In this document: positions 12,901-24,800 of the stretch, in pieces
Layout: every line of letters begins with the position of its first letter
Numbering within the stretch: position 1 is the stretch's first letter
DNA from: Chiloscyllium plagiosum
Taxonomy: Eukaryota
DNA: 64,000 nucleotides
Direction of reading: 5' to 3'
NCBI RefSeq assembly: GCF_004010195.1
Contig: NC_057718.1
Coordinates: 102,068,059 to 102,132,058 of the forward strand
Made by a program: the position numbers and the translations under genes
Notes under the pieces: generated by a model
Database searches by the model: none
What the model was told of the DNA's origin: nothing
Seen by the model: only the letters and a program-made list of their open reading frames with translations

Positions 12901-13597
12901 GAACAGAAAGTACAAATGATTGCTGTCAACATTACTCTACAGATACTTCACAAATCCATGCTGAACTCTTCACTGATGTTTGAACAGTGCAAAAAAAATT
13001 AAATAAGTTGGAAACAGATTGGAAACTCAGAAGAATTTGGCTCAAAGCGCTTTCCCTGATGAGATTTCTGCCTTATAGTGTTTGACTGATCGACATTGTG
13101 AAAGAATATTGTAAATTCCTTTATGGAGGAACATCTAGGAAGATTCCTTTAACATCCAAAATTGGCGTGAGTTACTTTTCGGAAGGTTGTACATTAACCT
13201 TTACCTGATCCAGAATTTTATGAATTGTATTCTAACACTTTAAAGCCTTTGTTCAAACATTCTGTCAAGTATTGTTCGCGATGCCACTTAAAGCATCGAC
13301 ATTACCCGGCCAACTTCACACAAGGGCTATAGCATAGAGTGGACATGCACTCTAGTAGGTAGGATAATGAAAGGCGATCCAATGAAAGGTGTAATATTCT
13401 TGAGAAGATTTGACATGGTAGATGTGGAGAGGTTGTTTCTCTCCCCAGCTGGGCAGTGTCAAATTAGTGAGCACAGTTTCAGGAGAAGTAAACAGGGCCC
13501 TCAACGGTTTGCATTATTTCACCATGCTTTGTGAACTCACCATTACTAAATCATAGAGATCTTCCTTGACCCTTGTCCTAAACTAGTCAATGTAGCA

Positions 13598-14361
13598 TGT
13601 TATGATCCAAACTGATTGTCATACTGGCTTGATAGATCATAAGTTTTACTTTTCACTCTTTGTTTACCATGGTGGTTACCATGGTGTTTACCATGGTGGT
13701 TAGTCATGCTCATAGTCACAAGAGGCTGCCGATGTAACCTTTCACAAGAACATATAATTCTAATATACAAAAGGAAAGAAAAAACATGAACTATGTTACT
13801 TATACAAGAATTATTTTAAATTACATTATTTTAGATATCTGAAATAAAGATACCCTTTTACCCTCAACATCAACCTTAAAAGAGTCAAACCTCAGTGAAA
13901 GGACTCCCGGACTCCACTTTCAAGTTGTTTATTCAGTTGGCATGGCTGTAATCTGTTTCTTTTCAGCAAATGTCTACATTTACTCAATGCTGTTCAGTCA
14001 ATGTCTCTTCCTGGCACCTTTAAATGAACTGCTAGCACTGCTCACTTATTATCCAAGAAGGGTTCCTTAAACCCTTCCACACCTTTCTGCTTCTGGACTT
14101 TTATCCTAATGAACTCATGACATTTTCCATAGCCCTCTCTGCTTTGGAGTCTCCTTTTAAAAAAGCTTCTGCTAAGTGCATTGTTTCTGTGACTGAATGT
14201 GCACACTGCCTGACCTTCTGGATGGTTCTGCTGTTTTGTGATACTGTACTTTTGACCTGATGAAACAATTTTGTTTTCTTTTCTCTTTTCTACTCTTATT
14301 TCTAATGCCGGAACGTTTCACTTTAAAGGTTTCCAAAACCTTACTTAAACACATCCTAACA
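13598..14361. mobile_element. possible solo LTR
   Basis: TGTTATGAT...ATCCTAACA terminal inverted ends (8/9). Lies between CR1-like pieces at ~13350-13490 and ~14820-14970. No TSD seen. Confidence 0.3.
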
Positions 14362-14370
14362 TTACTCTGG

Positions 14371-14652
14371 TTGGACAGTGGCTCAGTGGTTAGCACTACT
14401 GCAGCACAGTGCCAGGGACCCGGGTTCGATTCCACCCTCAGGTGACTGTCTGTGTGGAGTTAGCACATTCTCCCTGTGTCTGCATGGGTTTCCTTCCACA
14501 ATCCAGAGATGTGCAGGTTAGGGTGGATTAGCCATGCTCAATTGTGCAGATGAGGTGGATTAGTCATGGAAAATGCAGGTAAGGCAGTGAAATGCTCTTC
14601 AGTGTGGACTTGATGGACTGAATGGCCTGCTCTCACACCATAGGGATTCTAT
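14371..14652 (+). mobile_element. HE1-type tRNA-derived SINE
   Basis: A box TGGCTCAGTGG, B box GGTTCGATTCC, body GTGTGGAGTTAGCACATTCTCCC, CR1-like 3' tail. Confidence 0.9.
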
Positions 14653-15059
14653 ACTCACAGAATATAAAATCAAACTAACCTTATGTCTTTCTCCCTTCTT
14701 AAAACACACAAATCCAAATTTAAGAAAATCAAACTTAAAGTTCCACATTATTCTTGAACTTCAAGTTTCCAAGTAGTAATATGATTTTTCAACTGTATCT
14801 ACAAATCTAAAAGGTCTGTAATTTGGACTGAGATGAGTTTATTTTTCAGTCACAGGGTTGTCAGTCTTTTAGAATTCAGCATCTCACATTCAATCATCAA
14901 GCATTTTCAAGCATGGGATTGATAAAGTTTTGGAACTGAAAGGAAGTGATGGATAAGGGAATAGAGCATTGTGAGGTTTTATTGATGTGGATCTGGGACC
15001 ACTCCAGCAAATGGACTGCAGTGGTTCAAGAAGGCAACTCACCACCACCTTCTCAAGGA

Positions 15060-15230
15060 GGAGAAAGTGAGGGCTGCAGATGCTGGAAATCAGAGTCAAA
15101 ACGTGTGGTGCTGAAAAAGCCCAGGCAGTCAGGCAGCATCCAAGGAGCAGGAGTGTCAATGTTTTTAGTATAAGCTCTGCATCTTCCTGATGAAGAGCTC
15201 ACGCTGGAAATGTCAACTTTTTGACTATGA
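15060..15230. mobile_element. Penelope pseudo-LTR-derived fold-back mini-element (partial)
   Basis: GAGAAAGTGAGGGCTGCAGATGCTGG...GGCAGCATCCAAGGAGCAGG followed by CCTGATGAAGAGCTCACGCTGGAAATGTC. Same family as 31930-32125 and 63325-63537. Confidence 0.75.
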
Positions 15231-15632
15231 CCACCTTCTCAAGGGCAACTAGGGACTGGAATTAAATGCTGGTCCAGCCAGAAACACCCACATCCCATGA
15301 AAGACCAGCAAAAACAGATTATCATTGATCAGGAAAGCAAACGTGAAGGGCTGAATGGTCTATTCCTGGACCTATTTTGTTTGAACACCAACATCCAGAT
15401 TAAAACTAATACATGTTTCTGTTGACAAAAATCTATTTGTACCCTCCCCAGCAGTCTATCCCAAAATTGATGGCCAATAATCACGAGGTCGATAACCTTG
15501 GAACTGTAGCCACAAGTAAGAGAAAATAAAATTGAAAAGATACAGCTGTCCTTTTCAGCAGTTTTTCAGGAGGGCACTTCAAGTATATTACTCCGCTCTT
15601 GCGGTCTGACAATATTGTTCCCTTTTTAGCAC

Positions 15633-15703
15633 CACTCTGAGATGCTGTACTGAATTCTAACAGGTCTGTTGTACCTTTCAGCCACAACATTGGAAAGTAC
15701 ATG
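15633..15703 (-). CDS. candidate exon HVLSNVVAERYNRPVRIQYSISE(W); frame and donor uncertain
   Basis: Very strong acceptor ttccttttccctttag|CAT at 15703. Weak donor GTG|GTGCTA gives phase 2, matching the 12029 exon. Confidence 0.3.
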
Positions 15704-16089
15704 CTAAAGGGAAAAGGAACAAATCAAATCCAATTCAGTACTGACCCAAGAAAATATCTTCTTTCTCATTCAAAGAGAATGACCATAGGCAATTGTTGAC
15801 ATCCTCTGAGGTACGTGTTACTCCCAGATTAAGAAAATATAGTTATTGCCCATTCTATATTGATCGAAGCAGTTAAGTAATCGTTTTTCTTTGCTGCACC
15901 AACAGGGTTATAGATATTTAGGACAGAAATCCATCACAGACAGTGGGACTGGATCAACAGGATCAGCTGTCTGCCTGATCCAAGTAACATTTAATATTGG
16001 CTCGGTATTCACTTGGAAGATGAGCAACGCTGAGAAAAAGAGACATTAAGCTCAAAATATTTTAGCCTGTGCCATTTCCCATTAACAAA

Positions 16090-16498
16090 GGCTGGATGGG
16101 GCTTGGACTGTTTTCACTGGAGTGTAGGAGATTGAGAGGTGACCTGATAGAAGTTTATGAGATCATGAGGGATATAGGGAGTATTAATGGCAGCTGTCTT
16201 TTCCCTAGGACAGGGGATTTCAAGGTTAGGGGTCACACTTTAAGGTGAGAGGAGAGAGATTTAAAAAAGACAAGAGGGGCAATTGTTTTACACAGAGGGT
16301 GGTTTGTGTGTGGAATGAACTTCCTGAGGAAGTGGTGGATGTGGGCACAATTACAATGTTTAAAAGACAGTTGGATGAACGGCAAAGGTTTGAGGGCTAT
16401 GAGCCAGGAACAGGCAGCTGGAACTAGTTTAGTTTGGGATTATTTTTGGTATGGACTGGTTGGACCGAAAGGTCTGTTTCTGTGTTGTATGACTCTAT
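16090..16498 (+). mobile_element. CR1 3' fragment
   Basis: RLRGDLIEVYEIMR and FTQRVVCVWNELPEEVV motifs, TATGACTCTATAA tail. Confidence 0.9.
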
Positions 16499-16549
16499 AA
16501 GTTGGAGGGATACAGACCTTCCCTGCTGAATTCCCCATGGAGAAACATT

Positions 16550-17615
16550 TCTTCCCACCCTACCTCCTGCAAAAATGCCATCCCGTATTCCCAATTCTTC
16601 CGCCTTCGCCTTATCTGCTCCCAGGAGGACCAGTTCCACCACAGAACACACCAGATGGCCTCCTTCTTTAGAGACCGCAATTTCCCTTCCTACGTGGTTA
16701 AAGATGCCCTCCAATGCATCTTGTCCACATCCCGCACCTCCGCCCTCAGACCCCACCCCTCCAACCGTAACAAGGACAGAACCCCCTGGTGCTCACCTTC
16801 CACCCTACCAACCTTCGCATAAACCAAATCATCTGCCGACATTTCCGCCACCTCCAAACAGACCCCACCACCAGGGATATATTTCCCTCCCCACCCCTCT
16901 CCGCCTTCCGCAAAGACCGTTCCCTCCGTGACTACCTGGCCAGGTCCACGCCCCCCTACGACCCACCCTCCCATCCTGCCACTTTCCCCTGCCACCGCAG
17001 GAACTGTAAAACCAGCGCCCACACCTCCTCCCNNNNNNNNNNNNNNNNNNNNNNNNNNNNNNNNNNNNNNNNNNNNNNNNNNNNNNNNNNNNNNNNNNNN
17101 NNNNNNNNNNNNNNNNNNNNNNNNNNNNNNNNNNNNNNNNNNNNNNNNNNNNNNNNNNNNNNNNNNNNNNNNNNNNNNNNNNNNNNNNNNNNNNNNNNNN
17201 NNNNNNNNNNNNNNNNNNNNNNNNNNNNNNNNNNNNNNNNNNNNNNNNNNNNNNNNNNNNNNNNNNNNNNNNNNNNNNNNNNNNNNNNNNNNNNNNNNNN
17301 NNNNNNNNNNNNNNNNNNNNNTGTCTTACCTGCCTATCTTCCTTTCCACCTATCCACTCCACCCTCCTCCCTGACCTATCACCTTCATCCCCTCTCCCAC
17401 TCACCGATTGTACTCTATGCTACTTTCTCCCCACCCCCACCCTCCTCTCATTTACCCCTCCACTCTGCAGGCAGTCTGCCTCTATTCCTGATGAAGGACT
17501 TTTGCCTGAAACGTCGATTTTACTGCTCCTCGGATGCTTCCTGAACTGCTGTGCTTTTCCAGCACCACTCTAATCTAGAATCTGATTTTCAGCATCTGCA
17601 GCCCTTTTTTTTACC
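16550..17615 (+). mobile_element. Penelope-like retroelement, 5'-truncated (RT C-terminus, linker, pseudo-LTR), with N gap 17033-17321
   Basis: SSHPTSCKNAIPYSQFFRLRLICS, LTFHPTNLRINQIICRHFRHLQTDPTTRDIFPSPPLSAFRKDRSLRDYL, TFPCHRRNCKTSAH; C-rich 3' region and hammerhead motif. Confidence 0.9.
17483..17520 (+). ncRNA. minimal hammerhead ribozyme-like motif in a Penelope pseudo-LTR
   Basis: TATTC-CTGATGA-AGGACTTTTGCCT-GAAA-CGTC-GATTT. Confidence 0.6.
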
Positions 17616-18493
17616 CATTTACCAATCACAGTCAACTTGTCTAATTTGCAATTAACCATTCCCTGCTGAATTCTCCATGGCAATGCCTCTACCCATCAGA
17701 TGCATCTACTAACCAATAGTCACCCTCTTTTTATGCAGTATTAGTTATTGTTCCCCTTGAAATTTGGTTTTCTTGTGATTCTGTCCTGATGAGTGCAAAA
17801 TGAAAATTGCTGACAGCATGTCCCTCTTTTTTTTAAGCAGTTTATGACTCAGTCCCACAGCAGTCAGTATAATTGAATACCAGACACTCTGTATAATACA
17901 GAACCAGTACATTAATGTCCTTCCTCCACCACTGCTACTGAAAATTTCTAGCCTCTCACATTTTTATTAATTTGGACTTCTAGATAAAGAGGTTAGCAAT
18001 TTTTCACAAGAATACTTGATGGGGAAGCTGAGTAAAATTTGTTCAATTTTGATCTCACCTCAGGTCAAGACAGAACATCCATTCTAGCCCCGAAATTAGA
18101 CTCCCATAGGGTTAAGGTTTGGTATCTAGTATCCTATTTACCGGTTTCTCTGCAGCATCATTGCAAGCAAGAGTCATGGATAGTTATTACACTCTAAACA
18201 GAAATATACCAAGCACACACAAGGATTAGCGAACCCTTCGTGATTGATGGAGCAGATTGGACAGTGTACATAGGGACAAAAATACCTGTTCCTGGTCATC
18301 AAAGTAACAAGAACGAGCAGATGTAAATTTAAAGCAATGTGCAGAAAAAGCAAGGGCAATATGAGAAAAAAAAAATTTTCACCCAGCTAGTGGTTAGGGT
18401 ATGGAATGTGCTGCCTGGAAATGTGGTGGAATCAGATGGTTATTTGGATAGAATTTGTGTACAAGGGATGGGGAAAAGGCAGGTGCTTAGCAC

Positions 18494-19840
18494 TAAGAAC
18501 AAGAACAAAGAAAATTTACAGCCCAGGAATAGGCCCTTCGGCCCTCCAAGCCTGTGCCGATCCAAATCCACTGTCTAAATCTATCACCCAATTCCTAAGC
18601 ATCTGCATCCCTCTGCTCCCCACCTACCCATGCATCTGTCCAGACACACTTTAAATGAATCTACCGTGCCTGCCTCTACTACCTTTGCTGGCAACACATT
18701 CCAAGCACCTACCACCCTCTGTCTAAAGTACTTGCTGCGTATGTCCCCTTTAAACTTTTCACCTCTCATCTTGAATGCATGACCTCTCATTATTGAATCC
18801 CTTACCCTGGGAAATAGCTTATCTCTATCTACCCTGTCTATACCCTTCATGATTTTGTAGACCTCAATCAGATCCCCCCTCAATCTCCTTTTTTCTAATG
18901 AAAACAAACCTAACCTACTCAACCTCTCTTCATAGCTAGCACCTTCCATACCAGGCAACATCCTCATAAATCTTCTCTGCATCCTTTTCAAAGCATCCAC
19001 ATCCTTCTGGTAATGTGACAAACAGAAGTGTACACAATATTCTAAATGCGGCCAAACCAATGTCTTATACAATTTTAACATGACCTGCCAGATCTTATAC
19101 TCAATACCCCATCCGATACCATATGCCTTCTTGACCACTCTATCCACTTGTGCAGCCACCTTCAGGGTACAATGGACCTGAATTCCCAGATCTCTCTGTT
19201 CATCAATTTTTCCCAAGGCTCTTCCATTTACAGTATAGCTGGCTCTATAATTAGACTTCCCAAAATGCAATACTTCACATTTGCCTGGATTGAACTCCAT
19301 CTGCCACTTCTCCACCCAACTCTCCAGTCCATCTATATTCCCCTGTATTCTTTGACAGTCCCCTATGCTTTCTGTTACTCCACCAATCTTCGTGTCGTCT
19401 GCAAACTTACAGATCAGACCAATAATGCCCTCTTCTAGATCATTTATGTATATTACAGACAATAGAGGCCCCAACACTGACCCCTGTGGAACACCACTGG
19501 TCACCTTTCTCCATTTCGAGAAACTCCCTTCAACTACTACTCTCTGTCTCCTGTTGCTCAACCAGTTCTTTACCCACCTCGCTAGAACACCCTGCACACC
19601 ATGCGACTTCACTTTCTCCATTAGTTTACAATGGGGAACCTTATCAAACGCCTTACTAAAGTCCATGTATATGTCATCAACAGTCCTTTCTTCATCTAAC
19701 AACTTGGTCACTTCCTCAAAGAACTCTATTAAGTTGGTAAGGCATGATCTACCCCACATAAAACCATGTTGCCTATCACTGATAAGCCCATTCTTTTCCA
19801 AGTATAAATAGATTTTATCCCTCAGTACCTTCTCCAGCAC
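18494..19840 (-). mobile_element. young 5'-truncated CR1 LINE with an open RT frame (431-aa ORF 18584..19879), inserted into an older plus-strand CR1 remnant (~18280-18490 and ~19840-19935)
   Basis: QHGF, RSCLTNLIEFFEEVT, YMDFSKAFDKVPH, SGVPQGSVLGPLL, KFADDTKIG motifs; short tandem tail (AAGAAC on + strand) at ~18495-18512. Confidence 0.95.
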
Positions 19841-20690
19841 ATAGGTAATGATGCTCATTTGGACAGGTGGTATAGGCACGATGGACTGAATGGCCTCCTT
19901 CTGTGCTATAGAAATTCTGGGATTCTACGATCTATGAATCAATAATGACTGCTCTTTGTTTGATAATGAGATTGTTTATAGTTTACATTCACCGGAGCCA
20001 AGTATAACACATCTGGATTATAGCACTGCTTCCTCAGACTGAGTAACAAGCCATGGGGAACTAATTCATTGTTAGCTGGGTAGTGAGTGACAAAAGTTCA
20101 AGGTATGCCCTCTTAAAGGTTCAGCTTTAGGTGGATTAGGCACACTCAATCTATCAATTCAACAAACAATTTCAATCTGTGGGGCTCAGCCAATCAGCGG
20201 AGGAGTAGTCGTTCTGATATTTATTTTGTTCCAAACAGAGAGCCAACTTGGAGATGATAGCACAGAGATAATGGATTCAAATCCCTCCTCAGCAGCTGAT
20301 GGAAATAAAGACAATGAATAACATATAGAGTCAGTCATCTCACTGATGGAGACCACGAGACTACCATCAATGATCATAAATATGCATCGGGCTCACTCAT
20401 ATCCTTTAGGGAGGGAAATCTGCCACCCTTACTTGGTCTGTCCTAGGGGTGACTTCAAATCCACAGCAATGAGGTAGACTCTTAACTTCCCTCTAAAGTG
20501 GCCACTCAGTTCAGATGCAATGAGTGGTGGGCGACAGATGTTGGCCTTGCCAGTGATGCCCATGCCGTTGTATGAAGCTTTAGCTTTAGCTTTACAAATC
20601 TATTTTCAATTGCTGATAAAGAACAATGTAAGTACAAACTATACTATAATCATAAGTAAACAAACAGAATAAGGTTTAAGTGCATCTCAC

Positions 20691-20760
20691 TTTTCAACGT
20701 GTCCATCCTGCTCGATCCGTTTGCCACACGACTATCAGTAGATGGAGTTGTAATGGGCAC
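20691..20760 (-). CDS. coding exon 6 of an unidentified minus-strand gene (VPITTPSTDSRVANGSSRMDTLK)
   Basis: Acceptor atctttctgcttaaag|G, donor AAA|GTGAGA, 70 nt. Only the phase-0 frame is open, matching the phase-0 end of exon 5. Confidence 0.55.
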
Positions 20761-21174
20761 CTTTAAGCAGAAAGATATCAGAGCATTTTCAATTTAAATT
20801 TTCCCTGTTGCAATGTCTTGCTTTTGCAAATAGTTACTAACTTACAGAAACATTTTGGAAACAGACTCACAACATAACACACAGAATGACTGCATGTGCA
20901 GATCAGAAGCTGGGAATTCTGCAGCAATTCACTTCCTAATTCCCCATAACTTGTTCGCCATCTACATGGCATGAGTCAGGAGTGTGGTGGAATACTCCTG
21001 CCTGGATAACTGCAGCTCCAAGAATACATATGAATCTCGACACCACCTCGGACCCATTTGAGCAGCCCTCTCCACCACTGACACTCAGTAACAGCGGTGT
21101 GTGCCATCTACATGACGCACGGCAGAAATTCACTGGAGCTGCTTAGAAAGCACCTTCTGTGTCCTCAATCATTA

Positions 21175-21690
21175 CAAGGGGATTGCAAAATGTGAATGAA
21201 AACATCTTGCTAAAATTGTATAGGACTTTGGCAATACCACATGGTAAATTCAATAAGCAGTTTTAGATTTCCACATTTATGGAGGGAAGTACTTGTGTTG
21301 AGGTAACAATGCAAAAGATTAGTCCCTGTGATGAGGGGGTTGTGCACAATGAAGGGAGGCTGAGCAAATTGGACCTGAATTCTCTGGAGTTTAGAAGAAT
21401 GAATGGTGATCACATTGAAACATACAAGATTCGGAAGGGACCTTGATAGAGCAGACACTGAGAGATTACTTCTGGTTGTCAGGAATATGAAACATGAGCT
21501 GGGGAGGGGCCCAGTTTCTGGATAAGGGGCTGATCATTTAAGACTGAGCTGAAGAGAAATTCTTTCCCTCAAACAAGGGTGGGCAGGAAAGTGCAGCTGA
21601 TCCCAAGATGAGCCATCATCATAAGATGGCAGGGAAGGCTCGATGGTCGAAATGGCCTACTCCTGCTCATACCTCTCATGTTGTTATGAG
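21175..21690 (+). mobile_element. old CR1 3' fragment
   Basis: Degenerate KLYRTLAIPH and FRRMNGDHIETYKI motifs; TGTTGTTATG-type tail. Confidence 0.75.
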
Positions 21691-22162
21691 TTTGTATCTT
21701 TGACCTTGCCAACAATGTCCACATCTCCTGAAAGAACTAAAAAATACATCTTTTCGTGCTTGTATATTAATCAAAAGGAACATTTATTAATTGGGAAATT
21801 AATGAAAAATCTGTGTTCAGGTGATGAAATTCAGGCTAATAGCAAGAGATTCAGTCTGTGTAAAAATGTTCATTAAATATATAAGAAGGTCTAAGCTAGG
21901 TCGAGTGGTGATAATGGTTTCAATGAAACAGGAAGATTAATGGACATAAAGGAACAAGAAGTTTCATATAAGTGTTGGCTGCAAGTCAGGAATAATTACA
22001 AAGATGCTTTTAATGAACTGAGTGTTAATGTGGTAAACATCCATTTGGGAAGGGAAGAGGAAGGAGTTGACATGTCTTTCACATTGGTACATTCACAAAG
22101 TTCAATACTAAAAACCCAATGCAGCATCACATTTACCTCGGGCAGACCAGTCCCTTCTCGGT

Positions 22163-22165
<3 letters not shown>

Positions 22166-22202
<37 letters not shown>
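22166..22202 (+). repeat. (GT)n microsatellite; a second GT-rich tract at 22960-22991
   Basis: Visible directly. Confidence 0.95.
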
Positions 22203-22203
<1 letters not shown>

Positions 22204-22958
22204 TGAGTGTGGTGCTGGAAAAGCACAGCAGGTCAGGCAGCATTCAAGGAGCAGGAAAATCGACGGGAAGCCGTTGAAATCCACATTTATCCCATGTGGT
22301 TGCAGGGTCCCAAGGCGAAAAATGAGGCGTTCCTCCTCCAGGTGTCGGGTGGTAACGGTTTGGCGATGGAGGAGGCCCAGGACCTGTATGTCCTTGACGG
22401 AGTTGGAGGGGGAGTTAAAGTGTTCATCCAGGGGGCGGTGGGGTTGGTGGTTGCAGGTGGCCCAGAGATGTTCTCTGAAACGATCTGCAAGCAGGCGTCC
22501 TGTCTCCCCAGTGTAGAGGAGACCACACTGGGTGCAACGGATGCAGCAGATGACATTGGTAGAGATACAGGGTAAATTTCTGACGGAGGTGGAAGGATCC
22601 CTTGGGGCCTTGGACGGAGGTGAGGGGAGTGGTGTGGGCACAGGTTTTGCACTTCCTGTGATGGCAGGAAAGGTGCCAGGAGTGGGGGGGTATGGGTTGG
22701 TGGGGGTGTAGACCTGATGAGGGAGTTGCAGAGGAAACGGTCTTTTCAGAACATTGATAGGGGTAGGGAGGGAAATGTATGTCTGGTGGTGGGGTCCGTT
22801 TGGAGGTGATGGAAGTGGAGAAGGATGATGCGATGTACGCGGAGGTTGGGGTGCAAGGTAAGGACCAGGGGGTTCTGTCCTTCTTGCGTTGAGAGGGGTG
22901 GGGTCAAGTGCAGAGGTGCGGGAAGTGGAGAAGATGTGCTGGAGGGCATCATCAACCG
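22203..22958 (-). mobile_element. Penelope-like element fragment including the GIY-YIG domain
   Basis: STNVICCIRCTQCGLLYTGETGRLLADRFREHL...HFNSPSNSVKDIQVLGLL...EEERLIFRLGTLQPHGINVDF. Confidence 0.9.
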
Positions 22959-24357
22959 CGTGTCTGTGTGTGTATTTGTGTGTGTGTGTGTCCATATATG
23001 GCCCAGCCTTGCAGCAATTCACATCAGCTATTCTCAGCGTGCACACAAACACACTCAATTATCGAGGACAGCTTATATTTTCTGTGGCCTGAAGGAGCCT
23101 GAGTTCTGAAGGGCTCTAATGGTGTATGGTAATGTCCCAACCTCTGAACTAGGAGCCAGAACATCTCTGAAGAGGTTAGTTTGGGTATTTAAAAAAAGAG
23201 TCTGCTCTCCATATTTACTTTGGCAGTACAAGGTTGCAGCCCTGATGTTAATTTTTGATGATTTCCTAGCATCTCAGGCCTGTGCTCCTGATCTCTGCGC
23301 CCACAGTGAGGAGGAAGGGGTGTGGGGCAAGGGCTACAAATTGGAGGGACCTCCCCTGGGCTTGGCCAAGAGAGTCATTACCATGTCTGGAGAACAAGCC
23401 ATGTAGGGGATTGTTAGACCTGCCTGCCTGGTAATGTTCAGATGTTCCGTCTATGTCTAAGTGTACATCGAGAGGTGGCATACTGCCCATGGATACATCC
23501 TTGAGGTCTTTAGTAACCTGAGGGCACTGTGGACCTTAGAGTCCCTCTCCCCAAAACGGCACTTGAATTGAAATTTCACTGAATGTTATGGTGCAGGAGG
23601 CCATTCGGTCCATTGTGCCAGCACTGGCTCTTCAAACGAGCATCATTCCCTAGTTTCAATCCCTTGCCTTTCCCCAATACCCTTGCACACTCTTTCTATC
23701 CAAGTAATCATCTGATATGTTGAAGTTTCATTTAGAATTTGACTTTTCCTATGTTACAGTCCACATTTGAGCGACTGTCCATTGGTTAATCAGTGAATTT
23801 AGTTCATTTGACTTTGCAAAAACAGGAAAGACACTAAGTCGACACAGCATCAGCACTAGAAATGCCTTCATTGTTCTCTCGATCTGACCGGAAACCTTTA
23901 ATCACATTATGGCAAACTCAGCTCTTCGAACACAGCTATCGAACACTGAAAGTCAGACTGGCTAATGACAGACAGTGTGGGCAAACAGCATCTGTAGCCA
24001 GAGATGGTAAAAGATCAAAACCCACTGAGTTAATAAAGTGACTTGTGAAAAATATCCTAACCAGCTAACCTAAAGTAACTGTGTGTCTGTACTTTGCATC
24101 TTGAGCAATGGCCAATCACTGATGATGGATTCTCTCACTGAAAAGGATCAATAACATCTCAAGAGAGCATTTCTGGAACTAATCAATCAATGGAATTGAT
24201 GAGAATCTTTTTCAGTTCATCGCTAATGATTTGTGTCAACTGTATGAGACATTTTGCAGTGTCACAAAGGGTCAGTTAACCTGCAGATACAGGTTAGTCA
24301 TGTTGACACTGTTGTAACATTAGAAACACAGCAGCTGACTGGCACACAGCAAGATCC

Positions 24358-24800
24358 CATTTATGGTAATCCCACAGATGATAAAGCCACCCATAGTAAA
24401 CCCACCTATGGTAATCCCACACAAGGCAAACCCAGCATGGTAATTCCACACATGGTTATCCCACACATGGCAAACCCATACATGGCAAACCCATACATGG
24501 CAAACCCACACATGGTAATCCCACCCATGGTAAACCCACACATGGCAAACCCATACATGGCAAACACATACATGGTAAACCCACGCATGGTGATCCCCCA
24601 CATGGTAAACCCATGCATGGTAATCCCCCACATGGTGAACCCACTCATGGCAATCCCACACATGGTAATCCCACGCATGGTAATCCCATGCATGGTAATC
24701 CCACGCATGGTAAACTCATGCATGGTAAACCCACACATGGTAATCCCACATATGGCAAACCCACCCATGATAATCCCACACATGGCAAACCAATGCAAAC
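24358..24800 (+). repeat. 15-bp minisatellite (CATGGYAAWCCCACA), roughly 29 units
   Basis: Visible directly; source of the repetitive MVIPH/HGNPT ORFs. Confidence 0.95.

Noticed and set aside
13661..13702. Triple 12-bp repeat with palindromic ACCATGGT
   Set aside because: A short local duplication inside a probable repeat; no evidence of function.
14371..14440. tRNA gene
   Set aside because: The A/B boxes belong to the tRNA-derived head of an HE1 SINE.
15657..15703. Selenocysteine or prenylation reading (TCTFQCCG-TGA) if exon 6 splices directly to 15703
   Set aside because: No SECIS identified, a TAG follows seven codons later, and the upstream protein is not GTPase-like. It remains possible simply as a C-terminus.
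18584..19879. Functional 431-aa reverse transcriptase gene
   Set aside because: It is a 5'-truncated CR1 with no endonuclease; its start codon comes from flanking DNA.
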